From a virus, in the IMG/VR virus record IMGVR_UViG_3300025809_002164, positions 82,037 to 146,036 of that record: a stretch of DNA of 64,000 nt; one strand, 5' to 3'. Below the pieces are notes generated by a model. It was not told where the DNA came from. It did not search any database and saw only the letters and a list, made by a program, of their open reading frames with translations. Made by a program: the position numbers and the translations under genes. Below are positions 9,254-20,453 of the stretch, one piece after another. How positions within the stretch are numbered: position 1 is the first letter of the stretch; each line of letters begins with the position of its first letter.

Positions 9254-10388
9254 ACTAGAAAGCTTCGCTCTATCATCTGGGTCTAAAATTGAAAAACCTT
9301 TCATAGAACAGTGCTTCTTTCCTATATTGGAAAAGAAATTTATATGTATTAGTCAGAAATCAGAAAGCGAATCTAAGAAATACAACTTTTTTGATGATGT
9401 AATTTTTCATATAAAACCTTTCTTGGAAAGAAACGGAATATCTATAGTTGAGATCGGGAGTAATAAATCTAGGCCAACTTTTTATTCTAAGACTTATTCA
9501 AATTTAACCACACTTCAGTCTAGTTATTTAATTAATAAATCAATATTATATCTAGGCAACTATAATTTGCATGCGAACATAGCTGCTCACTTTAATAAGA
9601 AAGTAATATTTCCATCAAACAATGATTTCACTGAGACTTTTAAACCTTATTGGTCTAAGAAAGATTTGTGCAGCATAATCACTCCAGACCTTAAAATTAA
9701 GCCTACCTTCCAGAACGAAGAAAGCCCTAAGACTATAAATAAAATCAACCCAGAAGATGTCGCCTGCGAAGTTCTAGACCTACTAGAAATACCTCACAAC
9801 CTTCAGAACATTCGTACAGTTTTCCTAGGGGAACTATACAAAGATCCGATCATAGATTTAATTCCCGAAGAATTCAACGTTAATGCAATGAATATATCTG
9901 GTCCAGTAAACATCAGGTTTGATAAAGTTTTTAATCCCCAATTTCTGAATCTTTGCGAGTCTCTTAAATTAATTAATATAATAACAGATAAAGTTATACC
10001 TGTAGAGTATATTAAAAATATAATAAACAACATAAACTCAATAACATTTTTTGTAAACTCAAAAACCACAGAAGACGAAATGAATATCATGCAGTCCATA
10101 GGTAAACCTTTAGTTTTATTATGTAAAGAATCTAAAAACATAGACAAACTCAGGCTCAAATTTATAGACTACCCCATTAAACTATTTACGACATTAACAA
10201 AAAAAGATTTAAACCAGCCGGTTCTTAGTGATTTAAAATTTCTAAGCAAGAAAAACATAATAAGCAAAGGTAATGTATTCAACTCTTATTTATCATTAAG
10301 TTTAAATAAAAACGTTTCATCTATAACTAATTCTAAAGAAGTCTGGGAAGACTTGCCATATTTTAGAATTTTTAGAGAAAAAGCTTGA
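9246..10388 (+). CDS. GT9 C-lobe-like protein (degenerate)
   Basis: IVEIG...LQSSYLINKSILYLGNYNLHANIAAHFNKKVI resembles the GT9 nucleotide-binding lobe, without DSG-H. Confidence 0.55.
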   Translation: MHKLESFALSSGSKIEKPFIEQCFFPILEKKFICISQKSESESKKYNFFDDVIFHIKPFLERNGISIVEIGSNKSRPTFYSKTYSNLTTLQSSYLINKSILYLGNYNLHANIAAHFNKKVIFPSNNDFTETFKPYWSKKDLCSIITPDLKIKPTFQNEESPKTINKINPEDVACEVLDLLEIPHNLQNIRTVFLGELYKDPIIDLIPEEFNVNAMNISGPVNIRFDKVFNPQFLNLCESLKLINIITDKVIPVEYIKNIINNINSITFFVNSKTTEDEMNIMQSIGKPLVLLCKESKNIDKLRLKFIDYPIKLFTTLTKKDLNQPVLSDLKFLSKKNIISKGNVFNSYLSLSLNKNVSSITNSKEVWEDLPYFRIFREKA

Positions 10389-10413
10389 CCTAACAATACA
10401 TATGTGGTATTGT
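10385..10413 (+). promoter_or_regulatory. sigma70-type promoter with extended -10, probably leaderless
   Basis: TTGACC-N17-TATTGT with TG upstream of the -10; ATG 10420 follows after 6 nt. Confidence 0.65.
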
Positions 10414-10419
10414 ATTTAG

Positions 10420-11181
10420 ATGCCTAAGAAAAAAGAAACTACAGTAGATAATTCCTCCGGCCCATTATTATTTAAGAGAGATGAAAACGGCCTACTTATT
10501 AATAACCAGTATGAATTCAACGAAGACGGTTCCGTTAATTGGAGAGCAATGATAAGAGAAGAATATCTATTTCCTAATAAGTCTTGGTTTGATTTGCGGA
10601 AAAAAGATATGCCAAGATCTATAACTGGGCTACAAGATCACCAATTATTAATAAAGCTAGGAGGAATAAAAGAGCTTGCTAGAATGAGAGGGTTTTCTAA
10701 AATTTCTTACGATTTAATAAAATCTGAAATAGATCACGTAGCAGTAGTGTGTAGTATATTATACATTCCTAACTATGAGACCTCAGGAGAGCCAGTTTTA
10801 TTTCAGGATGTAGCTAATGCAACAATTGAAAATACTAGTAGTTTTGCCAAAAAATTTCTAGAAACAATAGCTTGCAATAGGTCATTCGTTAGGTGTGTTA
10901 GGAACTTCTTAAATGTGCATATTGTAGGAGACGACGAAATAGATAAGTCAGACAGTCAAAAGCCTCAACAAAACAACGAACTTTCTCCCGTCGGATTCCT
11001 AAAAAAAGAACTTTCAGAGAATCACGGAATATCTTCCTACGAAGAATTTTTACCAGAATTAAGGGAAATGCACAAAGCAGGAAACCTTAATATAACAACA
11101 GACATAATTAAAACTTGGAGCGGCTTTAATGACATATCCCCCAAAGATTGCAGGGTGCTACTTTCAATTTTAAAAAAATAA
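10420..11181 (+). CDS. possible ssDNA-annealing protein (Rad52/Sak-like)
   Basis: DVANA...IACNRSFVRCVRNFL..VGDDEI pattern followed by a linker and helical C-domain. Confidence 0.4.
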   Translation: MPKKKETTVDNSSGPLLFKRDENGLLINNQYEFNEDGSVNWRAMIREEYLFPNKSWFDLRKKDMPRSITGLQDHQLLIKLGGIKELARMRGFSKISYDLIKSEIDHVAVVCSILYIPNYETSGEPVLFQDVANATIENTSSFAKKFLETIACNRSFVRCVRNFLNVHIVGDDEIDKSDSQKPQQNNELSPVGFLKKELSENHGISSYEEFLPELREMHKAGNLNITTDIIKTWSGFNDISPKDCRVLLSILKK

Positions 11182-11184
11182 TAT

Positions 11185-13299
11185 CTAACCTTTAATCCCA
11201 GCGGGCCCAGTGTCCAATACAGATTCTATATTAAAAATAGATTCTTTATCTAACTTCTTAATAGTAACTATCATATCCTTCATATCTAAGTCGTGTAAGA
11301 TTTTGGCCTCACCATTAACTTCAACCACTGGAACTTTTTCTTTTAACTTAGCTTTAATTTTACCATTAGCTAAGCACCAAGTGCCCCTAGTCTGCACGGT
11401 ATTTCCCTGTTCGGGTTGACACTTAAAGTCACTTTCACTAGTGTCATGATGGTAGCTTAAGTGTGAATTTTCATCAAGATCTTCATAAAATTCATCCTTC
11501 TCATAATATTCTTTACTAAATTGATTTTGTGAAGGTTTGTGTAAATTACTAGGAGTGCTATTACTATCGGAATGAGAAAAAGTAACTATGGATTCAGCGA
11601 ATATAGTTATTCCATCTGGATCAGATTTAGAAGTCTTAAACTCCTTGGATGATCCATTAACAGTAGGAACTATACCGTCTTTAGTAGGATCTTGTACCCA
11701 GTTAAACTTAATATTTTCATCATCTATATCGTCTTTACTCCAGAAAAACCTTTTACTTTTTGAGAGTATATTACCCTCAACATTTATCTCAAACGTTTCG
11801 TCAAACCCAACATTTTGCTTCTCCGCTTTAACTGCAGCATTATCGCAAAAGCATCTCACAGCTAAGAAATAATCAGACTGTGTCATTGATATTGAGCTTC
11901 CACCACCAGCATCTTCAGAGCTTATCCCCGTCCATGTACCATCTCTTTTTTGATAACTAAGGATATTAGCATCTTGTGAATTTTCTACTTTTATTTTCTT
12001 TGGGTTCTTTGGATTAGGAGGACCTATTGAATTACCCCCTGGAGAGTAGACATGAACTAAGACTGGCAAGAAATTAGTAGGAGCTAAACATTTAATTTTC
12101 CCAGAACTAGAAACCCTTACTATTTTTTTATCATCATTCCTAGAGAAAACAGGCCCTCTGCTATCTGAATCCCATCCCGCCCCCCTGACTCCATCTTTAC
12201 CTCCATCAACAGATCTAGCTAGTCTGGCCCTATATCTCAATCCTACATCTGGAAAATTGATATTAGCTTCCTCCCCCACTCCTAAAGTAATAGCCTGAGT
12301 TACTTCAAGAGCGGTATTTTCATTATCCATCTTAGAAAGATCAATAGACCTAGTTCCATAAACAAATTCTGCATCCTCATAAACATCCGAAGAGGTCAAG
12401 CCTCCCGTTAAGCCTGAGGATAATTTTATTGTTTTGTTAAAGCTATCTCCTTTTTCTATATCACAATTACAATAGTGCCCATTTTTATGGTATCCTAAAT
12501 TTTCATCTTTAATTTTTGAATCAACTCCGTCCTCTTTTACATTAGAATTGTCTAGATCATCAAAACCTTGATCTCCTGCCCCAGCAGCGCATAAATTAAC
12601 AGGTACATCTATAGGTATTTGCCAGCTACAGTTAGCTTGGTCCTTGAATATTACCATAGTTTTACCTGGCTTTGTTGCGGTCATGGTAAAAGTATGTGAG
12701 TCTTCGTCAAAATTTTCATCAACATTGAAGTTATTTCTTCTTACTTGTTCTGCCCCCATCGTTCTCATCTCTGGTCTAAAATTGTTAGCAGCTACTGAAA
12801 CAGGAGGGTCAATATTAATTATGTCAGGGTTAGCGACAACAGCAAACCTCATATTTCCCAACCCCCCTATAATCTTTATTTTAATTTCTTCTCCCTTAGG
12901 TATTGCCACTCCATTTAATTTTCCAAATTTTCCGGCAATCTTATTAACACAAGATCCTCCACCAAATGCAAGTTGACCTCTACCCGCAATAGCGGCAGCA
13001 AGGCCCCCAACCTGTATTGCTTTTATTCTATTGTCTACTACTCCATTACCTTCAGCCTCGACACAATAATCAACACATCTTCTAGTTATTGTTAATGTAC
13101 CTTTTATTTTATTATCGTTGCCAATAAAATTTTCACCATCAATCCAAATATGACTTTCTGGATTATTTCTAAACACAGTGTTTTCAACAAAATTTATATT
13201 TCCACCACCATCTCCTGGTTGATAGTTCCATGAGATTATTTTATTAATCTTACCCGCAGGGCAACACTGTTCGTTAAATTTGAATATATATTCTGCCAT
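11185..13299 (-). CDS. putative virion protein with Ig-like (Big_2-like) segments
   Basis: ITLGVGEEANI...DDKKIVRVSSSGKIKC; MTATKPGKTMVIF; last gene of the structural operon. Confidence 0.55.
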   Translation of the reverse strand: MAEYIFKFNEQCCPAGKINKIISWNYQPGDGGGNINFVENTVFRNNPESHIWIDGENFIGNDNKIKGTLTITRRCVDYCVEAEGNGVVDNRIKAIQVGGLAAAIAGRGQLAFGGGSCVNKIAGKFGKLNGVAIPKGEEIKIKIIGGLGNMRFAVVANPDIINIDPPVSVAANNFRPEMRTMGAEQVRRNNFNVDENFDEDSHTFTMTATKPGKTMVIFKDQANCSWQIPIDVPVNLCAAGAGDQGFDDLDNSNVKEDGVDSKIKDENLGYHKNGHYCNCDIEKGDSFNKTIKLSSGLTGGLTSSDVYEDAEFVYGTRSIDLSKMDNENTALEVTQAITLGVGEEANINFPDVGLRYRARLARSVDGGKDGVRGAGWDSDSRGPVFSRNDDKKIVRVSSSGKIKCLAPTNFLPVLVHVYSPGGNSIGPPNPKNPKKIKVENSQDANILSYQKRDGTWTGISSEDAGGGSSISMTQSDYFLAVRCFCDNAAVKAEKQNVGFDETFEINVEGNILSKSKRFFWSKDDIDDENIKFNWVQDPTKDGIVPTVNGSSKEFKTSKSDPDGITIFAESIVTFSHSDSNSTPSNLHKPSQNQFSKEYYEKDEFYEDLDENSHLSYHHDTSESDFKCQPEQGNTVQTRGTWCLANGKIKAKLKEKVPVVEVNGEAKILHDLDMKDMIVTIKKLDKESIFNIESVLDTGPAGIKG

Positions 13300-13301
13300 A
13301 A

Positions 13302-16052
13302 TTAAAGATTTTGAATAAATACTACATCACATTCTTGATTTCCTGGAGTTAAGCTTACCGAAATACTAGGAGTAATAGTAGAAGTAACCGTAATGCTAGG
13401 AGTAATAGTAGGAGTAGTCGTAATGCTGGGAGTAATAGTAGGAGTAGCCGTAATAGTAGGAGTGGTCGTAATGCTAGGAGTAATCGTACTCGTTGGAGTA
13501 ATCGAAATAGTACAGGTAACACTAGGAGTGATTGTAATACTAGGAGTAATAGTGGGAGTGATAGTAGGAGTAATCGTGCTCGTCGGAGTAATCGTACTAG
13601 TCGGAGTAATCGTGCTCGTCGCAGTAATCGTACTCGTTGGAGTAATCGTACTCGTTGGAGTAATCGTACTCGTTGGAGTAATCGTGCTCGTCGGAGTAAT
13701 CGTGCTCGTCGGAGTAATCGTGCTCGTCGGAGTAATCGTGCTCGTCGGAGTAATCGTGCTCGTCGGAGTAATTGTGCTGGTTGGAGTTGGCGACAGCCCT
13801 GGGGTAACGCTCTGTGTAGCAGTGGGAGTAGGGCTTTTATCTTGAGTGCTAGTTGGAGTAATTGTGCTTGTCGGAGTAATCGTGCTAGTTGGAGTAATTG
13901 TGCTAGTCGGAGTAATCGTGCTAGTCGGAGTAATTGTGCTTGTCGGAGTAATCGTGCTAGTCGGAGTAATCGTGCTAGTCGGAGTAATCGTACTAGTCGG
14001 AGTGATCGTGCTAGTTGGAGTAATCGTACTAGTCGGAGTAATCGTACTAGTTGGAGTAATCGTACTAGTTGGAGTAATCGTACTAGTTGGAGTAATCGTA
14101 CTAGTCGGAGTAATCGTGCTAGTCGGAGTAACTGTCGGAGTAATCGTACTAGTCGTAGTAACTGTTGGAGTAATTGTCGGTGTTGGGGTGGAACTCAGGC
14201 TAGGTATCGGCGGAGCACAAACATCCACTCCACACATAGCCCCACTCCAATAATTAGGCAATGTATTGTAATTCCATATTCTATCATAGTCTATCTCGTA
14301 ATTTCCTTGGCCGTCCGCATTTTTAACAGGATATCTATTTAAATAAATTTTATAACAACCAGTAGGTATTCCAGTGTAACCACCCCCATCTAATTCAACT
14401 TGTTGCTGGTCGTATAAATAAGATTTATAATTGCCACTAACAGCAGGCCAGTTATTATCTATGTATTTAACATTTCCTTCCATACCCTCATACATACCCT
14501 TAACTTCATCATGCTGATAATTAAACAAATAATAAACACCCTCCACTGAGTCTCCTACAATATTATTAAGAAATAAGTTTTCACTTGCAGGAACAGTATC
14601 ATGAGCGTTTGGGTTTACAGCATAATTTAAATATTGAAAAATTCCTCTAATACTGTAATCATAAAATTCATTAGGGTATGTATAAAAAACGTCTCTACCA
14701 TCACAACTGATTAATTTCCACACAGTAGACGACATCAATTTTCTATCCGAGTAATATCTACCAGCCTTAGTTACATCCACTCCATCGTTAGTCCCAAAGC
14801 TTTGTTTCACTCCAGCCGAAACAACATCAGGCTCCGGTATATTGTATCGCAAAGATATAAGCTCTGTAAACCCATCTCCTATAGCACTAACCAGGTCAGC
14901 TATCTCTTTAGACCTAAAGTCTATTGTTCCTACACTAACAAAAGATGTTGTCCCTTTTTGTATAGCTAGGGCTATTATATTTTTAACTATAGTTATAACT
15001 CTAGGGTTTTTTATTGTAACAATATTATGGTGCAAATATGGTATATCTTTTTGAAAATCAAACCGAGTAGCTATTCCATTATTTCCGGTGGCATAAGTGC
15101 TAGTTATCTCGCTAGAACCAAAATCTATCGGGTCATATGTCGCATGAATTTCAGGTGAAATATTAATCGATACATCATTGATTTTATCCACATATGCATT
15201 AATCTCTCCATTAACTTTTGTGAAAATTCCACTAGCATAAATCTTATTTTTTTCTAGCATTTCAGATGCAGAGTCTGATGTTTTATATAAAAAATTATCT
15301 CTATGAAGCTCAAGCTCTGGAGCATGAGAGGGAACATTAAATGACGAAATTACTTCGGCTGGAGAATATATGGCATTAACTTTCTTAATTAAAGGCATAT
15401 ATGGAAGATCGGCATTATCCAGAGGAAATGCTTTATTTAAACTCCTAGAAGTATCAATATCATATATATAGCAATTATTTAAAATATTATAAAAAATATT
15501 TGAATTATTATCGTCTATAGAAAAATCATATACGTTTTGATCTGCATTAACTGCAGGGATCCCGACAGACTTAACTTTACCGGAAATCAACCTTTTAATC
15601 TTAGATGCAGATAGCCCACTATATATAGTGTTGTTATAAGTAAAACTAACAGGAAAAAGTTCATTGTCTGACCTGCTTTTTCTGTAATCACTACGAAACT
15701 TAGTAAAGCTCCGAACCACCTCGCTCTTTTCTAGAAAAGCCTGAAGAATTGCTTGCCTATCTTGTTCCAGTATTTGCGACCATTTAATGGTAGTCCCACC
15801 GGCCAAATTTATATCTTGGTTAAATGCATCGGTAACAAAATTAGCCTTATCCACCCTATCTTCATACTCTTCGTGAAGATGGACTCCTATGGAAAAGAAT
15901 TTTAAATCAAAATCATTAACATCCCCATCCCCGTCGACATCCCATACATTTAAATTTCCTTTTTTTTCGATGGCTGCATTAAGTTGATTTACAGGTATGC
16001 CTTGATTTACTAAATTAAAAGAAGTTGAAAATTTTATTCGCTTTATTGGCAT
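13302..16052 (-). CDS. mucin-like virion protein: N-terminal dockerin/EF-hand loop, C-terminal PTS array
   Basis: WDVDGDGDVNDFD; about 280 aa of TPTSTI-type repeats. Confidence 0.75.
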   Translation of the reverse strand: MPIKRIKFSTSFNLVNQGIPVNQLNAAIEKKGNLNVWDVDGDGDVNDFDLKFFSIGVHLHEEYEDRVDKANFVTDAFNQDINLAGGTTIKWSQILEQDRQAILQAFLEKSEVVRSFTKFRSDYRKSRSDNELFPVSFTYNNTIYSGLSASKIKRLISGKVKSVGIPAVNADQNVYDFSIDDNNSNIFYNILNNCYIYDIDTSRSLNKAFPLDNADLPYMPLIKKVNAIYSPAEVISSFNVPSHAPELELHRDNFLYKTSDSASEMLEKNKIYASGIFTKVNGEINAYVDKINDVSINISPEIHATYDPIDFGSSEITSTYATGNNGIATRFDFQKDIPYLHHNIVTIKNPRVITIVKNIIALAIQKGTTSFVSVGTIDFRSKEIADLVSAIGDGFTELISLRYNIPEPDVVSAGVKQSFGTNDGVDVTKAGRYYSDRKLMSSTVWKLISCDGRDVFYTYPNEFYDYSIRGIFQYLNYAVNPNAHDTVPASENLFLNNIVGDSVEGVYYLFNYQHDEVKGMYEGMEGNVKYIDNNWPAVSGNYKSYLYDQQQVELDGGGYTGIPTGCYKIYLNRYPVKNADGQGNYEIDYDRIWNYNTLPNYWSGAMCGVDVCAPPIPSLSSTPTPTITPTVTTTSTITPTVTPTSTITPTSTITPTSTITPTSTITPTSTITPTSTITPTSTITPTSTITPTSTITPTSTITPTSTITPTSTITPTSTITPTSTITPTSTITPTSTQDKSPTPTATQSVTPGLSPTPTSTITPTSTITPTSTITPTSTITPTSTITPTSTITPTSTITPTSTITPTSTITATSTITPTSTITPTSTITPTITPTITPSITITPSVTCTISITPTSTITPSITTTPTITATPTITPSITTTPTITPSITVTSTITPSISVSLTPGNQECDVVFIQNL
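13355..14190 (-). repeat. 18-bp coding tandem repeat (TPTSTI)n
   Basis: Plus-strand unit GTCGGAGTAATCGT(A/G)CT(A/C), in two blocks, degenerate at the ends. Confidence 0.95.
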
Positions 16053-16069
16053 TTTATTTTAATGTTAAA

Positions 16070-18253
16070 TTATTTCTCATTCCATCTTATAGGAGTCATA
16101 TTAAAATCCATGAAGGGAAAGTTATCATATACTGTGTATTCTTCACCTCTATACGAGAAAGTTGAATCAAAAGCATAAAGTTTTCTCATGAAAGGAGGAT
16201 TAAATACCTGACTTTTAATGCTTCCGTCAGTGACGGAAGATGGAATTACGTTGGTTATTTTTTCTCCAGGAATAGGGCTAGTCCAATTTTTCAAAAGGGT
16301 GTTAGTGTCGGAGACACTATTGCTAGAACTCATGTAGAGCCCCCACTCAATAAATTGATGAACCCACGGATATCCGTCCGACTCTTTAAACATTATACTC
16401 CATAGCTTTCTTCGTATTACATTCCCGTCACCATTTATGCCCATGTATAAACCTTTTCCACACCTCGAATAGTTCTGCATCATTATATCGCAAACCCCGA
16501 CAGCCTCTTCTCCGCCAAGCTCCATTATTTCTCTTAAGTTAGAATCTTTCTTGTCTAGGAAATCTAAAAGCCCCGAGTCAGCAAAAAAACTACTCATCAT
16601 AAAGCCCAACGAGATGTCCCCGCCCCCTATGCTTTCAATACTTGCAGCTATATCCTTAAATTGCCTCCAAAAACCCTCAGATGTAAGATTCCCGAAGTAT
16701 CTATAGTCCTGACCCAATTCCTTTCCATTGATTAAATCATAATGGGGCATGCCAGGATTATAATGCTCTCCAAAATCAAGGAAATCTCCGAATTCATTTT
16801 GTACTGGTAAAAAATCATTAATATTTAAGTTATTAATAAAGTTATAATTGCCATGAAGCTTACTTGAATTAATTTTTTGCTCAGAATATAAATCATAAAC
16901 CTCTTGCTTTGGCCTCCAATTTTTAAGAAATCCATTATCACTATCAATTCCAGGATATGTTGCATATAAAGGCTTGTTATTAAATGTCAAATTGAGCGAG
17001 TCAAAATCTTCAAAAGAGTGGTCTCCAGCTTCAGGAAATTGATTCATAGCATAAGCTTCATTCTTGTACCATTCTGGATCCCCGAAATCTAAACCTTTTT
17101 CCGTCATCGCTGTCGAAATATATGCAACTTCAGATCCAGCCTCATAGCATCTAGCTAAATCTCCAACCTTAGACGAAATAAAATTTAATCCATCAGAAGT
17201 AATTGACGAGTTCGCCCCGAAAGTGAAACCTCCGCTATTAGCAAAACCCGACTGAACCCATTTTCCTAGATACTTATAAATAAAAACCTCACCAGTATTT
17301 CCATTGGATATTAAAAGAGAAGCCCCACTATGATCTAATGACAAATTGGCTCCAAATTTACTATTTCTAGTCGGCCTATTATCTAATATTGCCCCCCCAA
17401 TTTGCTGCCATCTATTGAACATTTTGTTGAGCCTGAATACTTTTACATTATTCCTAGATGGCTCATAATTACCAAATGCAAATGTCAATCCATCGCCACT
17501 TATAGATACAGAGCTTTTTGAATTAACCATGTCCCAAGATTGAACCTCTAAGTTGAGTCCACCTAGAGAGTTAACCCATTGGCTTCCATTAAAATCGCAC
17601 AAAGTGACTTCAGAAATTAGCCCCAACTTAGAAGATCCTAGTGAAACTATTCGGCTTCCCTCGTCGTTCATTGAAACAGATCTTCCCAATTTAGAATTTT
17701 TTTGCTTGCCCTCTATTCTTGACCCCATCCTTTGCCATACATTTAATGAATTATTAAACTCATAAACCTCAACAAAGCCTGCAGATTCCTGAAAAATCTC
17801 TCCAGAAGATTCTAAATATTCGTAATCGTTAATCTTTTCCTGATAATCCCCAACCCTATCGTCATAATAAAGAGGAATCCTAAACTCTGGGTCTGAGCTT
17901 GAAAAATCATACCCACCCATTGGAGCTCCTATAACTATAGTTTCTCCACTTTCATTCATATCTATAGATCGACCAAATTCATCTAACTTATGATCGCCAG
18001 TCATTACTTGCCCAATCATATTCCATATTCCACTGTCCTCCCTAAAGACTGCCACACTATTTGTGTCAAAGCTTACTGCCAAAATATCGCCAGCTCCATT
18101 CATTACTACTGTTTCGGGATTTTTAATTGGTATTCTGTAAGAACTAATCCAATCGCTTTCTTCTAATTTGAAAACAGAAACTCCAGATTCATCCGAGCAT
18201 GCGGATATTGTTGCTGAATTATTAACTGTTACTGATTTTGCGAAATTTTTCAT
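16070..18253 (-). CDS. FG-GAP beta-propeller virion/adhesin protein
   Basis: Repeated FGRSIDMNESGETIVIGAP, LGRSVSMNDEG, SVSISGDG, FGANLSLDHSG and W..(I/M)G blades. Confidence 0.75.
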   Translation of the reverse strand: MKNFAKSVTVNNSATISACSDESGVSVFKLEESDWISSYRIPIKNPETVVMNGAGDILAVSFDTNSVAVFREDSGIWNMIGQVMTGDHKLDEFGRSIDMNESGETIVIGAPMGGYDFSSSDPEFRIPLYYDDRVGDYQEKINDYEYLESSGEIFQESAGFVEVYEFNNSLNVWQRMGSRIEGKQKNSKLGRSVSMNDEGSRIVSLGSSKLGLISEVTLCDFNGSQWVNSLGGLNLEVQSWDMVNSKSSVSISGDGLTFAFGNYEPSRNNVKVFRLNKMFNRWQQIGGAILDNRPTRNSKFGANLSLDHSGASLLISNGNTGEVFIYKYLGKWVQSGFANSGGFTFGANSSITSDGLNFISSKVGDLARCYEAGSEVAYISTAMTEKGLDFGDPEWYKNEAYAMNQFPEAGDHSFEDFDSLNLTFNNKPLYATYPGIDSDNGFLKNWRPKQEVYDLYSEQKINSSKLHGNYNFINNLNINDFLPVQNEFGDFLDFGEHYNPGMPHYDLINGKELGQDYRYFGNLTSEGFWRQFKDIAASIESIGGGDISLGFMMSSFFADSGLLDFLDKKDSNLREIMELGGEEAVGVCDIMMQNYSRCGKGLYMGINGDGNVIRRKLWSIMFKESDGYPWVHQFIEWGLYMSSSNSVSDTNTLLKNWTSPIPGEKITNVIPSSVTDGSIKSQVFNPPFMRKLYAFDSTFSYRGEEYTVYDNFPFMDFNMTPIRWNEK

Positions 18254-18257
18254 ATTA

Positions 18258-20453
18258 TTAAGATAACTGGTCGGCAGTCACGCCATATGCATAATTCTCA
18301 TTCCCATCATTATCTAAATATGATATATTGTATGTGCATAAGCTTGAATCGTCATATTCAAAAGTTGAAGCAATCGTGTAATCGCTCGCTCCTCCGCCTG
18401 GACTGTACATCATAGGCCAAGTGCCATCGGGATCCCATGTACACGAACCTCCTCCGCCAGGAGAACTATCATTACATGTTCCATTTTCATCCATAGAAAC
18501 ACATTCCTGCCTTAAAAATAAAGTCCAGTAATCCTCATAACTATTCCCCATCGCATTAAATTTTGTTTGATATTTACAATCGCTAGTTATACCTTTTATT
18601 GTTATTGAGGTACCTTCATAGAAAAAATCTGCATCAATTCCGTAGCTACAATCATTTCCACCATAATCACCCAAAATTCCTGCCTGCTTTGGCCCACTGT
18701 ATGTTCCAGTGTAATGAGTCGCATAGACATCTTTACCCATGTAATATCTTGGATTACTACCAGCATCCCAAGATCCTAATTGAGTTTGATTAACATCTTG
18801 CTCTTCCCCCTGATCGTTCGTATATATTAAATTCCCAAATTGATTTATCGTTCCTAAGTATGCAGTTATTTCTTGTCCGGAAGTTATAACTCCTAAATTA
18901 AAATCAACAAAAATCTCATCTCCCTTATGAATTGGATACACAGGGCCGGCATTCTGATGCGTCATCGACGACTCCAGCAATCCAATGTATGTGTTATTAG
19001 TATTTAATACATCTTCCACCGTCCATGAGCATGTTGCTGGATCCTCTGCCAATAGTTTAAATAACCTCTCGAATTGATGATCCGAGTCAGCAGCATCGTA
19101 GTACCAAACAAGATCATTAGTACTATATTGAGTCTGGCATCCAGGAGTAGCCGACGGAGTTATTGAAATTGTTGGAGTAATCGTACTCGTCGGAGTGGTT
19201 GTAGGTGTTACAGTTCTGGTCAAACTTACAGTTGGAGTGACACTACTAGTAGGAGTAGCAGTTAATCCTACCGTCACTGAGGGAGTAATTGTTGGTGTAT
19301 TCGTAGGAGTAATCGTGCTGGTAGGAGTGATCGTACTAGTCGGAGTAATCGTACTAGTTGGAGTAACCGTTGATGTTGGAGTTATAGTAGGGGTTGGAGT
19401 AGAGCTCTGACTTGGGTAAACAATATCCCCACCCAGCTGAAACATTCTTACAACATTCTGCTTAACAAACCCGTCTGGAGCTTGAGTAGAAGTCAAACTC
19501 GGAGTTAATGTCGGAGTAGGACTACTACTAGCCCCCGGAGTCGAAGTTACAGACACAGTAGGAGTTGGAGTTTTAAAAGGGGTAGTAGTTGGGGTCAGTG
19601 TAGGGGTAAAGCTAGGAGAAGCAGAGACACTAGCAGTAACACTTTGAGTTATCAATGGAGGATCTACAGCTGGAACCCTGACTTCAGCTATGTCATAATC
19701 TCTTACCGAAAAACTGCCATCGCTTGCCTCTGAGCCTTTTTTTATAAAAAAATATTGATCCTGGTAGAAAGATATATCAAAAAAATCTTCAACCTCATAC
19801 CTGCTTACATTAAAATTAGAACTATCTGAGACAAGAAAATATTCAGGATTTTCTGGAAATTCTTCACTGGAAAAGAAATATGAAAATGGAGGTTGATCAG
19901 CTACAGAAACTCTCCATCCATCAGAATAAGGATACCCCAACCCTTCGTCTTCGAATTCCTCCAAAGATAAAGCCCTAACAACTTCAATATTTCCTGTAAT
20001 CTTATAACTTAAATCAGACACTCCTATATTAAATATATCAGATTGGTGCAATTTATCATTAATCAAAACCTCGAATTCATATTCTTCAAATTCAGAATTC
20101 CAATTATACGGCAAATATATATCCTTATTAAATAAGTTTGAACCCTGGGCAAAAACTTCAGTATTCCCAAACACTCCTGCAGCTTGTTCAGCTGCAAAAT
20201 ATATCTTAAACATTTCATATCGATCACTATAACCGATAGCCCAGTTGTCAAATTCAAAATATTCACTAGTTGAATTAGTTCTGGATACATATACATACTC
20301 AGAGTCTCCTAAATCCCCTATCCATGGAAAACTGCTTCTTTTTTGTATTTCATACAGCCCAACAGGAGAAACATAATCTCGATTGCCGAAACTTACCGAT
20401 TGAAATCTTTTTTCCGAAAAAGCTAAATACAACTGACCCGCGCTTAGCTCCAT
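18258..20453 (-). CDS. acidic mucin-like virion protein with central PTS stalk
   Basis: Two PTS blocks between an acidic aromatic N-domain and Cys-containing C-terminal modules. Confidence 0.7.
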   Translation of the reverse strand: MELSAGQLYLAFSEKRFQSVSFGNRDYVSPVGLYEIQKRSSFPWIGDLGDSEYVYVSRTNSTSEYFEFDNWAIGYSDRYEMFKIYFAAEQAAGVFGNTEVFAQGSNLFNKDIYLPYNWNSEFEEYEFEVLINDKLHQSDIFNIGVSDLSYKITGNIEVVRALSLEEFEDEGLGYPYSDGWRVSVADQPPFSYFFSSEEFPENPEYFLVSDSSNFNVSRYEVEDFFDISFYQDQYFFIKKGSEASDGSFSVRDYDIAEVRVPAVDPPLITQSVTASVSASPSFTPTLTPTTTPFKTPTPTVSVTSTPGASSSPTPTLTPSLTSTQAPDGFVKQNVVRMFQLGGDIVYPSQSSTPTPTITPTSTVTPTSTITPTSTITPTSTITPTNTPTITPSVTVGLTATPTSSVTPTVSLTRTVTPTTTPTSTITPTISITPSATPGCQTQYSTNDLVWYYDAADSDHQFERLFKLLAEDPATCSWTVEDVLNTNNTYIGLLESSMTHQNAGPVYPIHKGDEIFVDFNLGVITSGQEITAYLGTINQFGNLIYTNDQGEEQDVNQTQLGSWDAGSNPRYYMGKDVYATHYTGTYSGPKQAGILGDYGGNDCSYGIDADFFYEGTSITIKGITSDCKYQTKFNAMGNSYEDYWTLFLRQECVSMDENGTCNDSSPGGGGSCTWDPDGTWPMMYSPGGGASDYTIASTFEYDDSSLCTYNISYLDNDGNENYAYGVTADQLS
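19145..19645 (-). repeat. degenerate PTS-coding repeat with a few canonical 18-bp units
   Basis: GGAGTAATCGTACTAGT units near 19305-19365. Confidence 0.85.
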
